NCBI GenBank assembly: GCA_041660065.1
Contig: JBAZXC010000002.1
Location: 25,084-89,083, forward strand
Direction of reading: 5' to 3'
DNA: 64,000 bases
Source: Parcubacteria group bacterium
GTDB lineage: Bacteria; Patescibacteriota; Minisyncoccia; Moranbacterales; GCA-2747515
Below are positions 9,651-19,997 of the stretch, one piece after another. The position numbers were made by a program, and so were the translations under genes. The notes beneath the pieces were generated by a model. The model was not told the DNA's origin and did no database searches. It worked only from the letters and a program-made list of their open reading frames with translations. How positions within the stretch are numbered: position 1 is the stretch's first letter; the number at the start of each line of letters is the position of its first letter.

Positions 9651-11045
9651 TTACGGTGTATAGCATTTTGGTTTCAGATTTTTTGGATCACTCTGTGCAT
9701 CAACACATAAGCGATTGACTTCGTTATCCGTAAGTGATCGGTCCCACATGCGCAAATCATCAATCGCACCCATATAAAATCCTGTCGTATGATCCTGTGT
9801 ACCGACATACAAAACCTCGCTTGGCACAGTCATAGATGTTCCTGATAGATCCCCTTTCTTCTGTTTGTCATCCACGACGATCTTTACTTCTTCACCACTT
9901 TTCCATCGCCCGACAATATGATGCCAATCCGTATTATCGATCGCATCCTCAGAACATGCCTCTTTATTTTGCACCATAAAACACACTTTACCGGCATCTA
10001 GATATACTTTATACCCATCACTGCTTGCATATTGCGATACGAGCGTGCCCGTGGAGCTTGCGACATCTTGCTTGATCCACAGAGAAATTGTGACACTATC
10101 GGTAAAATCGATCTTATTTTCCGTTGCTTTATCGACACAATTAAAATCATCAATGCCACAATTATTATCAATGTACATTGCCAGATAATCCGTGCCATCA
10201 AAATAGATTGCTTCTTGTGCATCATCGCCATACGGACTACCGATCACAGCGTCCTCCACCACAAAACCATCCACCCATGCTTCATCTTTTTCCGGTTCCA
10301 TAAAGTCTGTACTATTAGCCTCACACTCTGGAGAGAAGTCTACGACATTCCCCATTTTTGTGCCATCCGGTAGCGTGACCTTCACTGAATCTTCTTCCGG
10401 GTGGCACAGCGTCAAGACATGATCGTTTTTAGAAGAATCTTGTGCGATATACGCCTTTTCATCCTCGGTGAGTCGTGAATTGATCGCACGATCTTCAAAT
10501 GACCAGTGTGCCACAAGTCCCCGCGTCAAACTGTCACGCAATTTTACAAAAACCGCACGCACTGCCGTGCTATAGTTACCGGCAACTTTGAACCGCGCCA
10601 CATCTGCCAATTGCGCGTCACAATGTTGCAATGGTACCAAGTCAGAAGCCAAAACATCTTTTCTGAGATCCCATCCGGAATCATGTTCAACAACGGGATT
10701 TTCCATATATGCAGAAATGATGAACTCTGTATTCTTGTCACCGATATGCGCGGGAATTTCTGCAGACGGTCCGTCAACACATTTATAAACACCTGCACCA
10801 TAGATCTCATTCAATTTACCCGTCAATACACTAAGCGTATCGGTCTGCTCCAAATCCTTGTATAGCTGTTGAAGAAACTCTTCCATGCCCTTATCAGCTT
10901 GTTGAAATGCCGTTGTGGAATTCACAGAAATGTTGGCACTGCGTCGCTCCACCAACGTCACCGCCGCGACGGAAAAAGCCGCGATCAAAATGAATGATAA
11001 AACGATAAGTGCAAAAACGACAATGGAACCTTTGTGATATTTCAT
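9651..11045 (-). CDS. PilX-like minor pilin with a C-terminal LamG/concanavalin A-like domain
   Basis: KG|SIVVFAL leader lacking E5; AFQQADKGME; GLVAHWSF...TISLWIK...WHHIV...GAIDDLRMWDRSLT. Confidence 0.85.
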   Translation of the reverse strand: MKYHKGSIVVFALIVLSFILIAAFSVAAVTLVERRSANISVNSTTAFQQADKGMEEFLQQLYKDLEQTDTLSVLTGKLNEIYGAGVYKCVDGPSAEIPAHIGDKNTEFIISAYMENPVVEHDSGWDLRKDVLASDLVPLQHCDAQLADVARFKVAGNYSTAVRAVFVKLRDSLTRGLVAHWSFEDRAINSRLTEDEKAYIAQDSSKNDHVLTLCHPEEDSVKVTLPDGTKMGNVVDFSPECEANSTDFMEPEKDEAWVDGFVVEDAVIGSPYGDDAQEAIYFDGTDYLAMYIDNNCGIDDFNCVDKATENKIDFTDSVTISLWIKQDVASSTGTLVSQYASSDGYKVYLDAGKVCFMVQNKEACSEDAIDNTDWHHIVGRWKSGEEVKIVVDDKQKKGDLSGTSMTVPSEVLYVGTQDHTTGFYMGAIDDLRMWDRSLTDNEVNRLCVDAQSDPKNLKPKCYTP

Positions 11046-11063
11046 ATCATCTAATTTAATAAC

Positions 11064-11810
11064 CTAAAAACTAAGATCTGGCGGATAATCTCGTAGTGAG
11101 ACAGAGGTTTGAATATAGATTGGCTGATCTCTCCTTTGTTCATAGAGGATATTTGTGCTCGACGGCAACACAGACATACCGATCGTCACGCGTCCGATCG
11201 TATCGGTTTTTTGGGAATCAAGTTGATCCATATAGCGCGTTGGTGCAGTCCAAAATTTCCCCGTAACATATCCGCTGGTCAACCGCTCCAATTTATAATC
11301 CGGACTACTCGGTACATACGTCGCATCTTTCGTACATTCCTCAATCTGATCAAAGCCAATTCCTACCATAGATTCGACCCATAGCGCACTATCATCATAT
11401 TTGCTTCCTGCCCGACCCTCGCCTGTCGCAAAATAAAACCGCATACACAATTCTTGCGAAAAATCATAAAGTACTAACTTGTTTGATCCATCAATACGCA
11501 AAAGAGAAAAATCATCCGTGTTCCCCTGTGCACTCGCGAATTGTGCCGGATCACGCAAGTCCTCATTATTCCTCCCCAATACCGTCGCCGTGCGCAATGT
11601 CTTTGCCATGTAGTTCATCGCAAATTGCGCATTTTCCAGATCATTTTGCGATACACGCGCATTTCGATATGCCTGAATTTGCCGTGCAAAGATGCCCACG
11701 ATCGCCGTCATGATGATGAGAAAAATGAAAATCGACACCATGAGCTCGATAAGCGTAAATCCTTTTTTGCAATTTTTTATTCTCCAATTATTCATTGTAT
11801 GATTTTTCAT
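11064..11810 (-). CDS. Minor pilin (PilW-like)
   Basis: KKG|FTLIELMV class III signal; ends QTSVSLRDY. Confidence 0.88.
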   Translation of the reverse strand: MKNHTMNNWRIKNCKKGFTLIELMVSIFIFLIIMTAIVGIFARQIQAYRNARVSQNDLENAQFAMNYMAKTLRTATVLGRNNEDLRDPAQFASAQGNTDDFSLLRIDGSNKLVLYDFSQELCMRFYFATGEGRAGSKYDDSALWVESMVGIGFDQIEECTKDATYVPSSPDYKLERLTSGYVTGKFWTAPTRYMDQLDSQKTDTIGRVTIGMSVLPSSTNILYEQRRDQPIYIQTSVSLRDYPPDLSF

Positions 11811-11815
11811 AGTTA

Positions 11816-12466
11816 TCAATCGCCATAGTTGATCCATGACGTCAGTCGCGTTTGCGCATAGACACATCCTTTTGCGATCATGCAATCCTTTTCAATATTT
11901 GCTTTCGTCGGGAAATCCGCGCCGCCAAAAACCACCACACTTGTCACATTCGCGATAATCTCATCTGGTGGCGTTGCTGCATTTATCGGGCCATTATTGG
12001 ACCGATCGTATTCTATGTAAATCTTTCGACGCAAGCCGGTTTCAAGAAACGTATTTCCTCCGGATTGATGCGTATACATACCGGTTGCCGTGTTGAGATA
12101 GATCTCCGATGGAGAGTTATTACACAAAAACTTAGAATCCGTCCCCCCAGTGTTATAGTCGATCGTACACTCAATGATCTGTGATCCTGTAATTGATGGA
12201 AATCCGTATTCTTGATCAAATGCCGTGCACCGCTCTGAACCGGTTCCGCATGTTGACTGCGTCACGTTATTATCTCGCACATTGCGCACCAACTCCGTCC
12301 CTTCTTGCGCGAGCAATGTCGCGATCACCGCATCACGACTGTCATGCAAATCTCCCACGCTTCGCACAGTCAGATAGATTGCATCCACAATACCCACAAG
12401 CAAAATAAACATCGCCACCATCACCTCGCCGATCGAAAAACCTCTTTTGTTTTTTTTATTATACAT
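11816..12466 (-). CDS. Minor pilin (PilV-like)
   Basis: KRG|FSIGEVMVA; A.LLAQEG.ELVRNVRD. Confidence 0.88.
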   Translation of the reverse strand: MYNKKNKRGFSIGEVMVAMFILLVGIVDAIYLTVRSVGDLHDSRDAVIATLLAQEGTELVRNVRDNNVTQSTCGTGSERCTAFDQEYGFPSITGSQIIECTIDYNTGGTDSKFLCNNSPSEIYLNTATGMYTHQSGGNTFLETGLRRKIYIEYDRSNNGPINAATPPDEIIANVTSVVVFGGADFPTKANIEKDCMIAKGCVYAQTRLTSWINYGD

Positions 12467-12471
12467 AAATT

Positions 12472-13086
12472 TCAATAAAACGGACATGCAATATCACTAT
12501 CATTGAATCCCAACTCCTCTATAAGTCCGGTCGAATATACACAGACGTGGAATTTTTTGTCTTCATTGTTCTTTTTAATCACAAAATCAGTGCCCGTACT
12601 TGGGACTGTTTCCTGCGTGCCGCTGTCATAATATTTGCCATAGGGCACCGTAAAAATTACATGATCACTTACGCGACCCCTACTGTCATGTCCTGTAATG
12701 CTCATCCCATTGGAAGAAACATCCTCTGACAAAAAAGGGACGCCATATGCGTTTACATCCGTGTCCGTCGGACAAAATGTATCTATTGTACGCTGTGTTC
12801 CCCGAATGCTATAACCACTACTACCATTCAAAATAAATGCAAAAGAGCATGGCAACATGTCATTGTCACGCTGGCGACCTGTCAATGCGTTATTTTGCGC
12901 CTCACGCACAGCAGCAGAAACTTCTCGTCCGACAGCCTCAAGCTCTTTGGTCGAACGATCCTTAAATGAGATCACAAACATCACCATCGTCATAATCACA
13001 ATGATCGCAACGATAATGACCATTTCCAACAGTGAAAAACCTCGCCTCGTCCGTATTTTTGTTTTATACATATGTGTATTATCCAT
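12472..13086 (-). CDS. Minor pilin (FimT/FimU-like)
   Basis: RRG|FSLLEM; V.AAVREAQNNA. Confidence 0.85.
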   Translation of the reverse strand: MDNTHMYKTKIRTRRGFSLLEMVIIVAIIVIMTMVMFVISFKDRSTKELEAVGREVSAAVREAQNNALTGRQRDNDMLPCSFAFILNGSSGYSIRGTQRTIDTFCPTDTDVNAYGVPFLSEDVSSNGMSITGHDSRGRVSDHVIFTVPYGKYYDSGTQETVPSTGTDFVIKKNNEDKKFHVCVYSTGLIEELGFNDSDIACPFY

Positions 13087-13142
13087 ATGTCCCTTATTAT
13101 ATCATACACAATTCAAATTTGCACAAAGACGCGCAGATCACA

Positions 13143-13940
13143 TCACAAAAAAAGCGAGATCATATGCGGATAGACATTTTGCACGACAAATGCCGCACCC
13201 AGACCAAAGATGAGAAACGGACCAAAAGGCACTTCCGTCTTGAGAGATCGTTTTTTGATCACCATAAGACCGATCCCATAGATCGCACCCACGCAAAACG
13301 CTACCAAAAGTGCGATAAACGTGCCGATCGGTCCCAAAAGAAGTCCTATGGCAATCGCGATAAACGCATCCCCATATCCCATCCATGTTTCATCGGAGAT
13401 ATAACTCAATCCAAAGAAAAAACAAAACGCCACCACTGCACTCATGCCATGCGTAAAAGAAACACTACTCCACACATCCGTCCAAAAAGCGTCAATATGA
13501 AGATCTCGTGTCATATTTGCAACGATAAGCAATGCAATAGCCATCCACATCACATTCATGGGAATTTCCATGTATTTCCAATCATACACAAAAATAACGA
13601 CCAGATGCGCAAACACAAAAGCATACAGCACCGCAACAAGAAGATGATCAATTGATCCATGCACAAAAAAAGCACCAACAGCACCAAAGATCGCTCCCGT
13701 AGCAAACTCGACCAACGGATATTGCATCGAGATTTTCTTTTGACATGCGCGACATTTGCCACGCAATAAAATATAACTCAAAACCGGAATGTTATCTTTC
13801 CATGCAATATTTTTTTTGCACTGCGGACAGTGTGATTTTTGCACGACCAATCCCTCCCCTGTGCGCAAACGGCAAATCACCACATTGCAAAAACTCCCAA
13901 TCACCAACCCATAAATAAAAAAGAGAATTATATAGATCAT
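13143..13940 (-). CDS. pilD: Prepilin peptidase (A24)
   Basis: GSFCNVVICR, two CxxC (SHCPQC, GKCRAC), YPLVE, MGYGD, VPFGPFL. Confidence 0.95.
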   Translation of the reverse strand: MIYIILFFIYGLVIGSFCNVVICRLRTGEGLVVQKSHCPQCKKNIAWKDNIPVLSYILLRGKCRACQKKISMQYPLVEFATGAIFGAVGAFFVHGSIDHLLVAVLYAFVFAHLVVIFVYDWKYMEIPMNVMWMAIALLIVANMTRDLHIDAFWTDVWSSVSFTHGMSAVVAFCFFFGLSYISDETWMGYGDAFIAIAIGLLLGPIGTFIALLVAFCVGAIYGIGLMVIKKRSLKTEVPFGPFLIFGLGAAFVVQNVYPHMISLFL

Positions 13941-13956
13941 ATTTATTACATATCCA

Positions 13957-14012
13957 CTTTTGACTTTTGCATTTATACTTTTTACTTTTGCCTTTTGACT
14001 TTTGACTTATCT
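13957..14012. repeat. Heptamer array (CTTTTGA-like) directly after the second pilin's stop codon
   Basis: cttttga cttttgc atttata cttttta cttttgc cttttga cttttga cttatct. Confidence 0.85.
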
Positions 14013-14427
14013 AGCATCCTTCATCGCTGACAAAACCGATCTCACTGTACGTGATGCTTGTACAATTTCCCGCGTTTCCCGTTCCCGGGGTGATTACAAT
14101 CTCAAAATGTCCGTCAAAATCACATTGTATCGGCACTGTGACCGCACCAATATGTGCATCATCAGGATACACGCTATCAGCCAGATCCGTATCACTGCAA
14201 ATCGCCACAGTAGAGCCTGCATTGACCGCCTTACTTTGGATGTCTCCATTCTCATCACAGCACATAATACCCGCCTTGTGGATCGTTGCCGCACTCGACT
14301 TGAATGAAGCGTCCTTTGCCTTATTACGTGCATATCCCAAGGTCGTCAAGATGATTGACGCCAAAATACCAATGATCGCTATTGTGATCAAAAGCTCGAT
14401 CAATGTAAAGGCTTTTTTGGTATGCAT
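14011..14427 (-). CDS. Type IV pilin, paralog of the major pilin
   Basis: KKA|FTLIELL...ARNKAK.ASFKSSA; six Cys aligned with 34054-34440; start set at MHTKK. Confidence 0.92.
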   Translation of the reverse strand: MHTKKAFTLIELLITIAIIGILASIILTTLGYARNKAKDASFKSSAATIHKAGIMCCDENGDIQSKAVNAGSTVAICSDTDLADSVYPDDAHIGAVTVPIQCDFDGHFEIVITPGTGNAGNCTSITYSEIGFVSDEGC

Positions 14428-14524
14428 AACGGGAAAACAAAAAATCACACCTCCCCTTTGCTATTATCATATCATATACATCCAAAATTCATAGCATACA
14501 CAAAACAACAATATATCTTTTTTA

Positions 14525-15241
14525 CTATAAATAGGCACGGTGTTTGAACTCTTTGCTACTTGAGGGAATGAAAAAAGTATCCATTTGCCAAAAAGATTTA
14601 TCATGTTTTCTCAACATTAGATCAACTATTTCTATTGGAGAAAAACCCCGCTCTTCCATATATGCACACATTTGATAATATTTGAGGCTATCGTTTGTAA
14701 TTTGAAAGTTATAAGTCTCCAATATTATCAATTCAGCAGATCTGATAATTTCTTTTGCGCCCTCTAAAATTGGTATTTCAAATCCATGTGTGTCAAGTTT
14801 CAATAAATAAGGACCTTTCAACTGTCTTCTTTTGATCTCATTGTCAAGTGAAATTGCGTGTACTTCAACGCCATTTTCAAATGGTGTATCGGATGCCAGT
14901 CCTCCAAACTTAGCATGATTATCAAAATAGATTTTTCCATCTTTTTCGCCTGCTGCTGCAACTATAAATTGGGCATTTTTATTTTTGTGAACAAATTTAT
15001 TGAGGTCATCAGTGTGTGCATCTTGCGCATCTACAAGTAGATAATCTGCCTTCGGAAAAGTTTCCATGCAAAGTTTCGACCACTGGCCATTGGATGCACC
15101 TATATCAATAACAGTCTTGGGGTTTATTCCTCTCTGAGAACATCTTTTCAGCCCACCCCTCATTGTTAAATTTTCACCATGAATCTGACTATGAATGAAT
15201 TCGGATGTTTCTCTTTTAAAATTTAAGATACTGTTTATCAT
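14525..15241 (-). CDS. FkbM family methyltransferase
   Basis: VIDIGASNG, LLKLDTHGFE..ILEGA. Confidence 0.9.
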   Translation of the reverse strand: MINSILNFKRETSEFIHSQIHGENLTMRGGLKRCSQRGINPKTVIDIGASNGQWSKLCMETFPKADYLLVDAQDAHTDDLNKFVHKNKNAQFIVAAAGEKDGKIYFDNHAKFGGLASDTPFENGVEVHAISLDNEIKRRQLKGPYLLKLDTHGFEIPILEGAKEIIRSAELIILETYNFQITNDSLKYYQMCAYMEERGFSPIEIVDLMLRKHDKSFWQMDTFFIPSSSKEFKHRAYL

Positions 15242-15270
15242 AATATTTATGTTTATAAATTATTTTTTAT

Positions 15271-15351
15271 GTCATTCCCGCCCTCCACAGGCGGATAAAT
15301 TCCAGCGGGAATTTTGCTTCCCCCTTGTCATTCCCGTGAAAACGGGAATCT
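15271..15351. repeat. GTCATTCCCG...CGGGAAT palindromic repeats (dRS3-like)
   Basis: gtcattcccgc...gcgggaat (15271-15312) and ATTCCC-gtgaaaac-GGGAAT (15330-15349). Confidence 0.8.
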
Positions 15352-16595
15352 TAGCCCTTTTCCAATAAAATATCTTCATATAATTGTATGTATTTTTTTG
15401 CGACAATTTTTGAGTCAAATGTTGCCACTACTTTTTTCCTTGCATTTACTCGGAGATCCGCACAATTTTCATTATGCAAGATCCATTCAATGCCCTGGGC
15501 CAGATCCTTTGTGTCAAAAGGTTTTGCCACATATCCATTTTTTTTGTGATCGATCATGTCACTGTTGCCACCAATATCAAATCCCACAACAGGCGTCGCG
15601 CATGACAAACTCTCCATGATGGCATTTGAGAGATTTTCCTGTAAACTCGGTACCACCATCACATCAGCGGCACTATATAGGTTCACCAACTCCATATCAT
15701 TGTTGATGTGTCCCAAGTAATGTGTTTTAAAACCAAAATCCTGATCTTGATCCTCTTTGGCATTTCCAAAAACCACCAGCTCGATATCATCCGACTGCAA
15801 TTGATGCAATGCGGCGCATAATTCTTTAAAGCCTTTTCTGGGATCTTCTGTAGAATTTACTGCGCCAAACAGCACAAGCTTCTTATCCTGTGGCAAATTG
15901 AACATCTTCCGTGCCTCGGTTTTTTCCACTGCACAAAACACCGTCGTATCTATAGGATTTGGCAAGTTGATGTGCCGGTGATTTTTGAGCAGACTGCTTT
16001 GCTTGGAACACTCCGTCAACCATTTGCTTAAGCCGACTATGGTCAAATTTTTCATTTGAGAAAAAACATCACTCTTTCTTTTGAAAATTTTTCTACTGAG
16101 GTCTTTCTCTTTTTTACTGCGCAATACTTTGCAATTTCCGCATTGCGCATGATATAAACCACATTCATCATCATAATGACATCCGCCCGTAAATGCCCAC
16201 ATATCGTGCAATGACCACACAATAGGTGCGTTGATTTTTGACAGATCCTCTATTTTTATCATGCCCAGACAGATCCAGTGCAAATGCACAATATCAGGAT
16301 CAATCTCATTGATACGATCCACGATGCTCCTGTGAGGAAACCATGAGGAACTGAAAAATGCTTTCGTCTTATTGCGATAGGGATACAAATGAATCGCATC
16401 TATAATTGGACGCAAGTTATTGAAAAATTTGTAAATTTTGGATTTTTCAGTTATTACAGTCTCATCATCGCTCCTTTTGTACTGCACAAGCATCTGACTA
16501 TCGATGCCCTGACCTAACAACGAACGATGAAGTCTATGTGCCGCCCGTGCCGCACCACCATAAATATCAAATGTATTAACTATGAGTATTTTCAT
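15351..16595 (-). CDS. Glycosyltransferase family 4 (WcaC-like)
   Basis: GGAARAA.RLH, DIVHLHW, WSLHDMWAFTGGCHY, PSLQENL..AIMES. Confidence 0.92.
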   Translation of the reverse strand: MKILIVNTFDIYGGAARAAHRLHRSLLGQGIDSQMLVQYKRSDDETVITEKSKIYKFFNNLRPIIDAIHLYPYRNKTKAFFSSSWFPHRSIVDRINEIDPDIVHLHWICLGMIKIEDLSKINAPIVWSLHDMWAFTGGCHYDDECGLYHAQCGNCKVLRSKKEKDLSRKIFKRKSDVFSQMKNLTIVGLSKWLTECSKQSSLLKNHRHINLPNPIDTTVFCAVEKTEARKMFNLPQDKKLVLFGAVNSTEDPRKGFKELCAALHQLQSDDIELVVFGNAKEDQDQDFGFKTHYLGHINNDMELVNLYSAADVMVVPSLQENLSNAIMESLSCATPVVGFDIGGNSDMIDHKKNGYVAKPFDTKDLAQGIEWILHNENCADLRVNARKKVVATFDSKIVAKKYIQLYEDILLEKG

Positions 16596-17422
16596 TTTAT
16601 AATTGATCTCTTTATAGATTTTAACGTAGTCTCCATAAATTTCAAAATAGGAAAAGAAAATTTTGATAACTTCTCAAAAAATCTTATTTGAACCCAATTT
16701 TGGTCTTTAACTTTGACCTTTTGAAAGATCGTCGCATGACTTCCTGCCAATTTCCCAATCACTTTGAGCCCCATCATCATCGCAAAGAGATTGAATGTGT
16801 ATCGGAAATGAAAATTTTGAGGCAGATGACACTTGATAACGGGGAAAAAGCAATTTGCGATGATCAAATAGCCATCTTTTTTTACGGCTTTTATCATCCC
16901 CGCAAAATCCTCTAGAGGATCCGAAACGTGCTCCAAAACATCCGTACTCACCAGACAATCATATTCAAAATCCAATTTATCCACGATTGTGATATTTCCA
17001 AATTCCTCCGCTCTTTTTAAACCAAATTCACTTGGATGCGGTTCATAAATATTTACACTGCTTTTTCCATCTTTTTGCGCCACCAATCTCGCCAAAGTGC
17101 CGAAACCTCCGCCGTAATCAAGCACGTTTTTTATGTCATGATCGACAATCCAATCACTTATGGCATGACGGTGACCCATCGAAACATCATCCTGCTCTAT
17201 AAATAATCCGTTTAATAACCAAACCGGATGAGAATAATATCGTGATATTTTCTCAAAATTATTTTTTTTATTATCGCACCCATATTCATCCCAAACCAAA
17301 TCCATCAAATACCACATTTGCTCAAGATCATCGACCATGCTCGCATTGGCCTTTTGCAATAGATTCACGACCTCTCTCCTTTCTCTTTCTGTTAAATTTT
17401 TATCTTCTAAACTGATTTTCAT
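16592..17422 (-). CDS. Class I SAM-dependent methyltransferase
   Basis: VLDYGGGFG, DVLEHVSDP. Confidence 0.88.
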   Translation of the reverse strand: MKISLEDKNLTERERREVVNLLQKANASMVDDLEQMWYLMDLVWDEYGCDNKKNNFEKISRYYSHPVWLLNGLFIEQDDVSMGHRHAISDWIVDHDIKNVLDYGGGFGTLARLVAQKDGKSSVNIYEPHPSEFGLKRAEEFGNITIVDKLDFEYDCLVSTDVLEHVSDPLEDFAGMIKAVKKDGYLIIANCFFPVIKCHLPQNFHFRYTFNLFAMMMGLKVIGKLAGSHATIFQKVKVKDQNWVQIRFFEKLSKFSFPILKFMETTLKSIKRSIIK

Positions 17423-17485
17423 AAATTATCGAGATTGATTATGTGATAAATATATACTGTAAATACGACTTTAAAAAATAGGTTG

Positions 17486-18211
17486 TTATATCGAAACGCT
17501 AATTTTTTTCCTAGCAATAACTACGTTATCTAAGTATAAATTATCATTTTTTGGCAGTATTTTTGATAAAATTGCCCCAACGATATTTACAGGCGCTATC
17601 AAAATAATAGTTATCAACACGTTTAAATAATTATTTTTTGTTAATGTTACGTCATATATATATGACGTAACTAACTGAAATATCGTTTCTATTCCTTTGC
17701 TCGTTTTTCTACTATCCAGCATCTCAAAACCATGCTCGCTTAAAATATGTTTTAAGCCAAATGATGTATATCTTGCAAAATCATATGGCTTTTCATGTTC
17801 TTCCCAAACGAGGGGAACGGTCAATAAAAAAATACCATCTTTTTTTAAAACTCTATTAGCCTCTTTCAAAAAATGACCTGGATTAAACACATGCTCAAAA
17901 ACTTGACTGGAAATTAAGCTATCAAAACTTGCATCACCAAATGGCATTTTATTACAGTCATAAAAATAATCCGCTTTTTCATTTGGTCTTCCTTCTACAT
18001 CAAGTCCAATATACTCATCACACACACACAAATTTTCGTATGGCTTTGATCCGCACCCAATATCCAAAACCCTGCCCCTTAAATTTACTATTAGATCTGA
18101 TACATTCTTATGCAAACCCCTTCTTGAAAAATAAAAAGGATTTATAAACAAACCAACAAAGCTGGGATTGAACTGCTCTCTTTCATATAATAACCTTATT
18201 TTTTCCAGCAT
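17486..18211 (-). CDS. Class I SAM-dependent methyltransferase (type 11)
   Basis: VLDIGCG.KPY, QVFEHV, RVLK.DG, H..PYDF.RYT. Confidence 0.9.
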   Translation of the reverse strand: MLEKIRLLYEREQFNPSFVGLFINPFYFSRRGLHKNVSDLIVNLRGRVLDIGCGSKPYENLCVCDEYIGLDVEGRPNEKADYFYDCNKMPFGDASFDSLISSQVFEHVFNPGHFLKEANRVLKKDGIFLLTVPLVWEEHEKPYDFARYTSFGLKHILSEHGFEMLDSRKTSKGIETIFQLVTSYIYDVTLTKNNYLNVLITIILIAPVNIVGAILSKILPKNDNLYLDNVVIARKKISVSI

Positions 18212-19104
18212 AACTTTTTCTCAAACAAATATTTTTTAAATAGTTTATAAAAGGATGTATTTCTCTTATAAAATTTTATGATCTTACGCACCGCCAAATC
18301 ATTCTCTCTCAAAACTGCATCCATTCTTACATTATATGATGAATTAAGACTGTTTTTGAAGATATCACCCCCTCGACAATTATGCCCGCTATCATCAATG
18401 CCTATATTATCGACAAAAGTTTTAGCTGGATTTAAACAGAGTCCACCCTGTTTAAATATAGTAGCATACCAAAAAATTGCCCACGTATCATTTTTTTTCA
18501 TTTTATTGGCGATGATCTGATCCCAAAACCCCGTTCCATTACATACGTTAAATTTTTTGATAGCTTTTTGATCAAATGTGGCAATGATTTTATCAAGATC
18601 TTTCTCAAAATATTGCCACCGATCGCGCCATGTTGCCCACCCCCAGCAATTCATACCCCTCCAAAGGAAAACATCATCAAGCCCATCGGTGTCGATTGGA
18701 TAATTCCATCCGCTGATATGCCACACTTTTTTTTCATTCTCATAATAATCCAATGCATCATTCATAAATTTCAAAAAGTATGGACTCGTGACCAGATCAT
18801 CTTCCAGCACAATAACCTTTCCATACATATTCACGATTTCCGTAACGCCGTCAATGATGGAATTTGCGAGTCCTTTGTTTTTTTCTTGCTCAATAATCGT
18901 CACTTTTTTGAATCCTGTTATGGTTTTGATATATGCACGCACCGCATCCACATCCTCTTGTACTTTTTCATCTCGCGCATTATCGCTATACACAAAAAGA
19001 TCGCTATCAAGCGCAAGATCATTTTTTTGCAACGCCTCAACCGTCCGTCGCGTATGCTCAGGGCGGTTATATACAAACAATACAATTGGCGCTAAATTAT
19101 GCAT
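18196..19104 (-). CDS. GT-A fold glycosyltransferase (GT2-like)
   Basis: APIVLFVYNRP, NKGLANSII.GV, IVLEDD, CWGWATW; start set at MHNLAP. Confidence 0.9.
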   Translation of the reverse strand: MHNLAPIVLFVYNRPEHTRRTVEALQKNDLALDSDLFVYSDNARDEKVQEDVDAVRAYIKTITGFKKVTIIEQEKNKGLANSIIDGVTEIVNMYGKVIVLEDDLVTSPYFLKFMNDALDYYENEKKVWHISGWNYPIDTDGLDDVFLWRGMNCWGWATWRDRWQYFEKDLDKIIATFDQKAIKKFNVCNGTGFWDQIIANKMKKNDTWAIFWYATIFKQGGLCLNPAKTFVDNIGIDDSGHNCRGGDIFKNSLNSSYNVRMDAVLRENDLAVRKIIKFYKRNTSFYKLFKKYLFEKKLCWKK

Positions 19105-19139
19105 TTTTTTGAGTAACATTGGAAAATATATTATCTAAA

Positions 19140-19931
19140 TTATTTTTTAAGAATTGCGATAATGTTTTGAAATGCATAAATTTCACAAAACACTGGTGAA
19201 TAGTCTTTTATTTTCAAAAGTTCTCCACCAGGCAAAATTCTATAGAAATTATAATTTGGTAGAAAATCCCAAAAATCTTTAAAATTCGTTCTGCTTATAA
19301 TATTCATTTCATTGAATTCAAAATGTATAGCATTTATTTGATTATTTTTTATATACTTCTCAACACCTCTCAAAACATTAAACTCATTACCTTCTACATC
19401 AATCTTTAATAGATGTATTTCTCTAATATTGTGTTCTTGAATAAACGAATCCAAAGAAATCACATCTACCAAATGTGAGACAGCGTTCCCCTTGTGCAAA
19501 TCCTCAATAACATTTTTATACAATGAGGCGTGCGAAGACCCGTCATTACAATCATAATCATATAATTTCATCACACCACTCTCATTTCCCACCGCTACGT
19601 TATATGCAGTGAAATTATCACTCTTTACTTTGTTAATTAATTTTTGATATGTCCTGGGATGTGGCTCAAATGCAAAAATAATGCTACTATTATTCATTTT
19701 TAAAACAGTGGAAGAATAATTTCCAACGTTTGCGCCAACATCAATAACAATTGGGGATTTTTTGTTGTCCAAATATTTCTTGAGCCATATATTCTCGCCA
19801 GTTAGATAGCTACTTTTATAATTCAAGACACCCAATCCTCTCAAGCCCAATTGGTAAATTAGTCTATTGAACTTTCTAAATATTTTTCTACAAAATATAT
19901 ATGCGTACAGATTGTATATTTTTTCTATCAT
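19140..19931 (-). CDS. FkbM family methyltransferase
   Basis: IDVGANVG, AFEP, LLKIDVEGNE..VL.G. Confidence 0.92.
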   Translation of the reverse strand: MIEKIYNLYAYIFCRKIFRKFNRLIYQLGLRGLGVLNYKSSYLTGENIWLKKYLDNKKSPIVIDVGANVGNYSSTVLKMNNSSIIFAFEPHPRTYQKLINKVKSDNFTAYNVAVGNESGVMKLYDYDCNDGSSHASLYKNVIEDLHKGNAVSHLVDVISLDSFIQEHNIREIHLLKIDVEGNEFNVLRGVEKYIKNNQINAIHFEFNEMNIISRTNFKDFWDFLPNYNFYRILPGGELLKIKDYSPVFCEIYAFQNIIAILKK

Positions 19932-19997
19932 TTAGTTTGTTTTTTATTAAATCACACAGATCATCATCTCCACACAAAATATTTTACACCCCTGAAT

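Noticed and set aside
12450-12458. Phase-variable homopolymer near the PilV-like start (and a similar run near 31701)
   Set aside because: A/T runs of about 8 are common throughout this window and the frames are intact.
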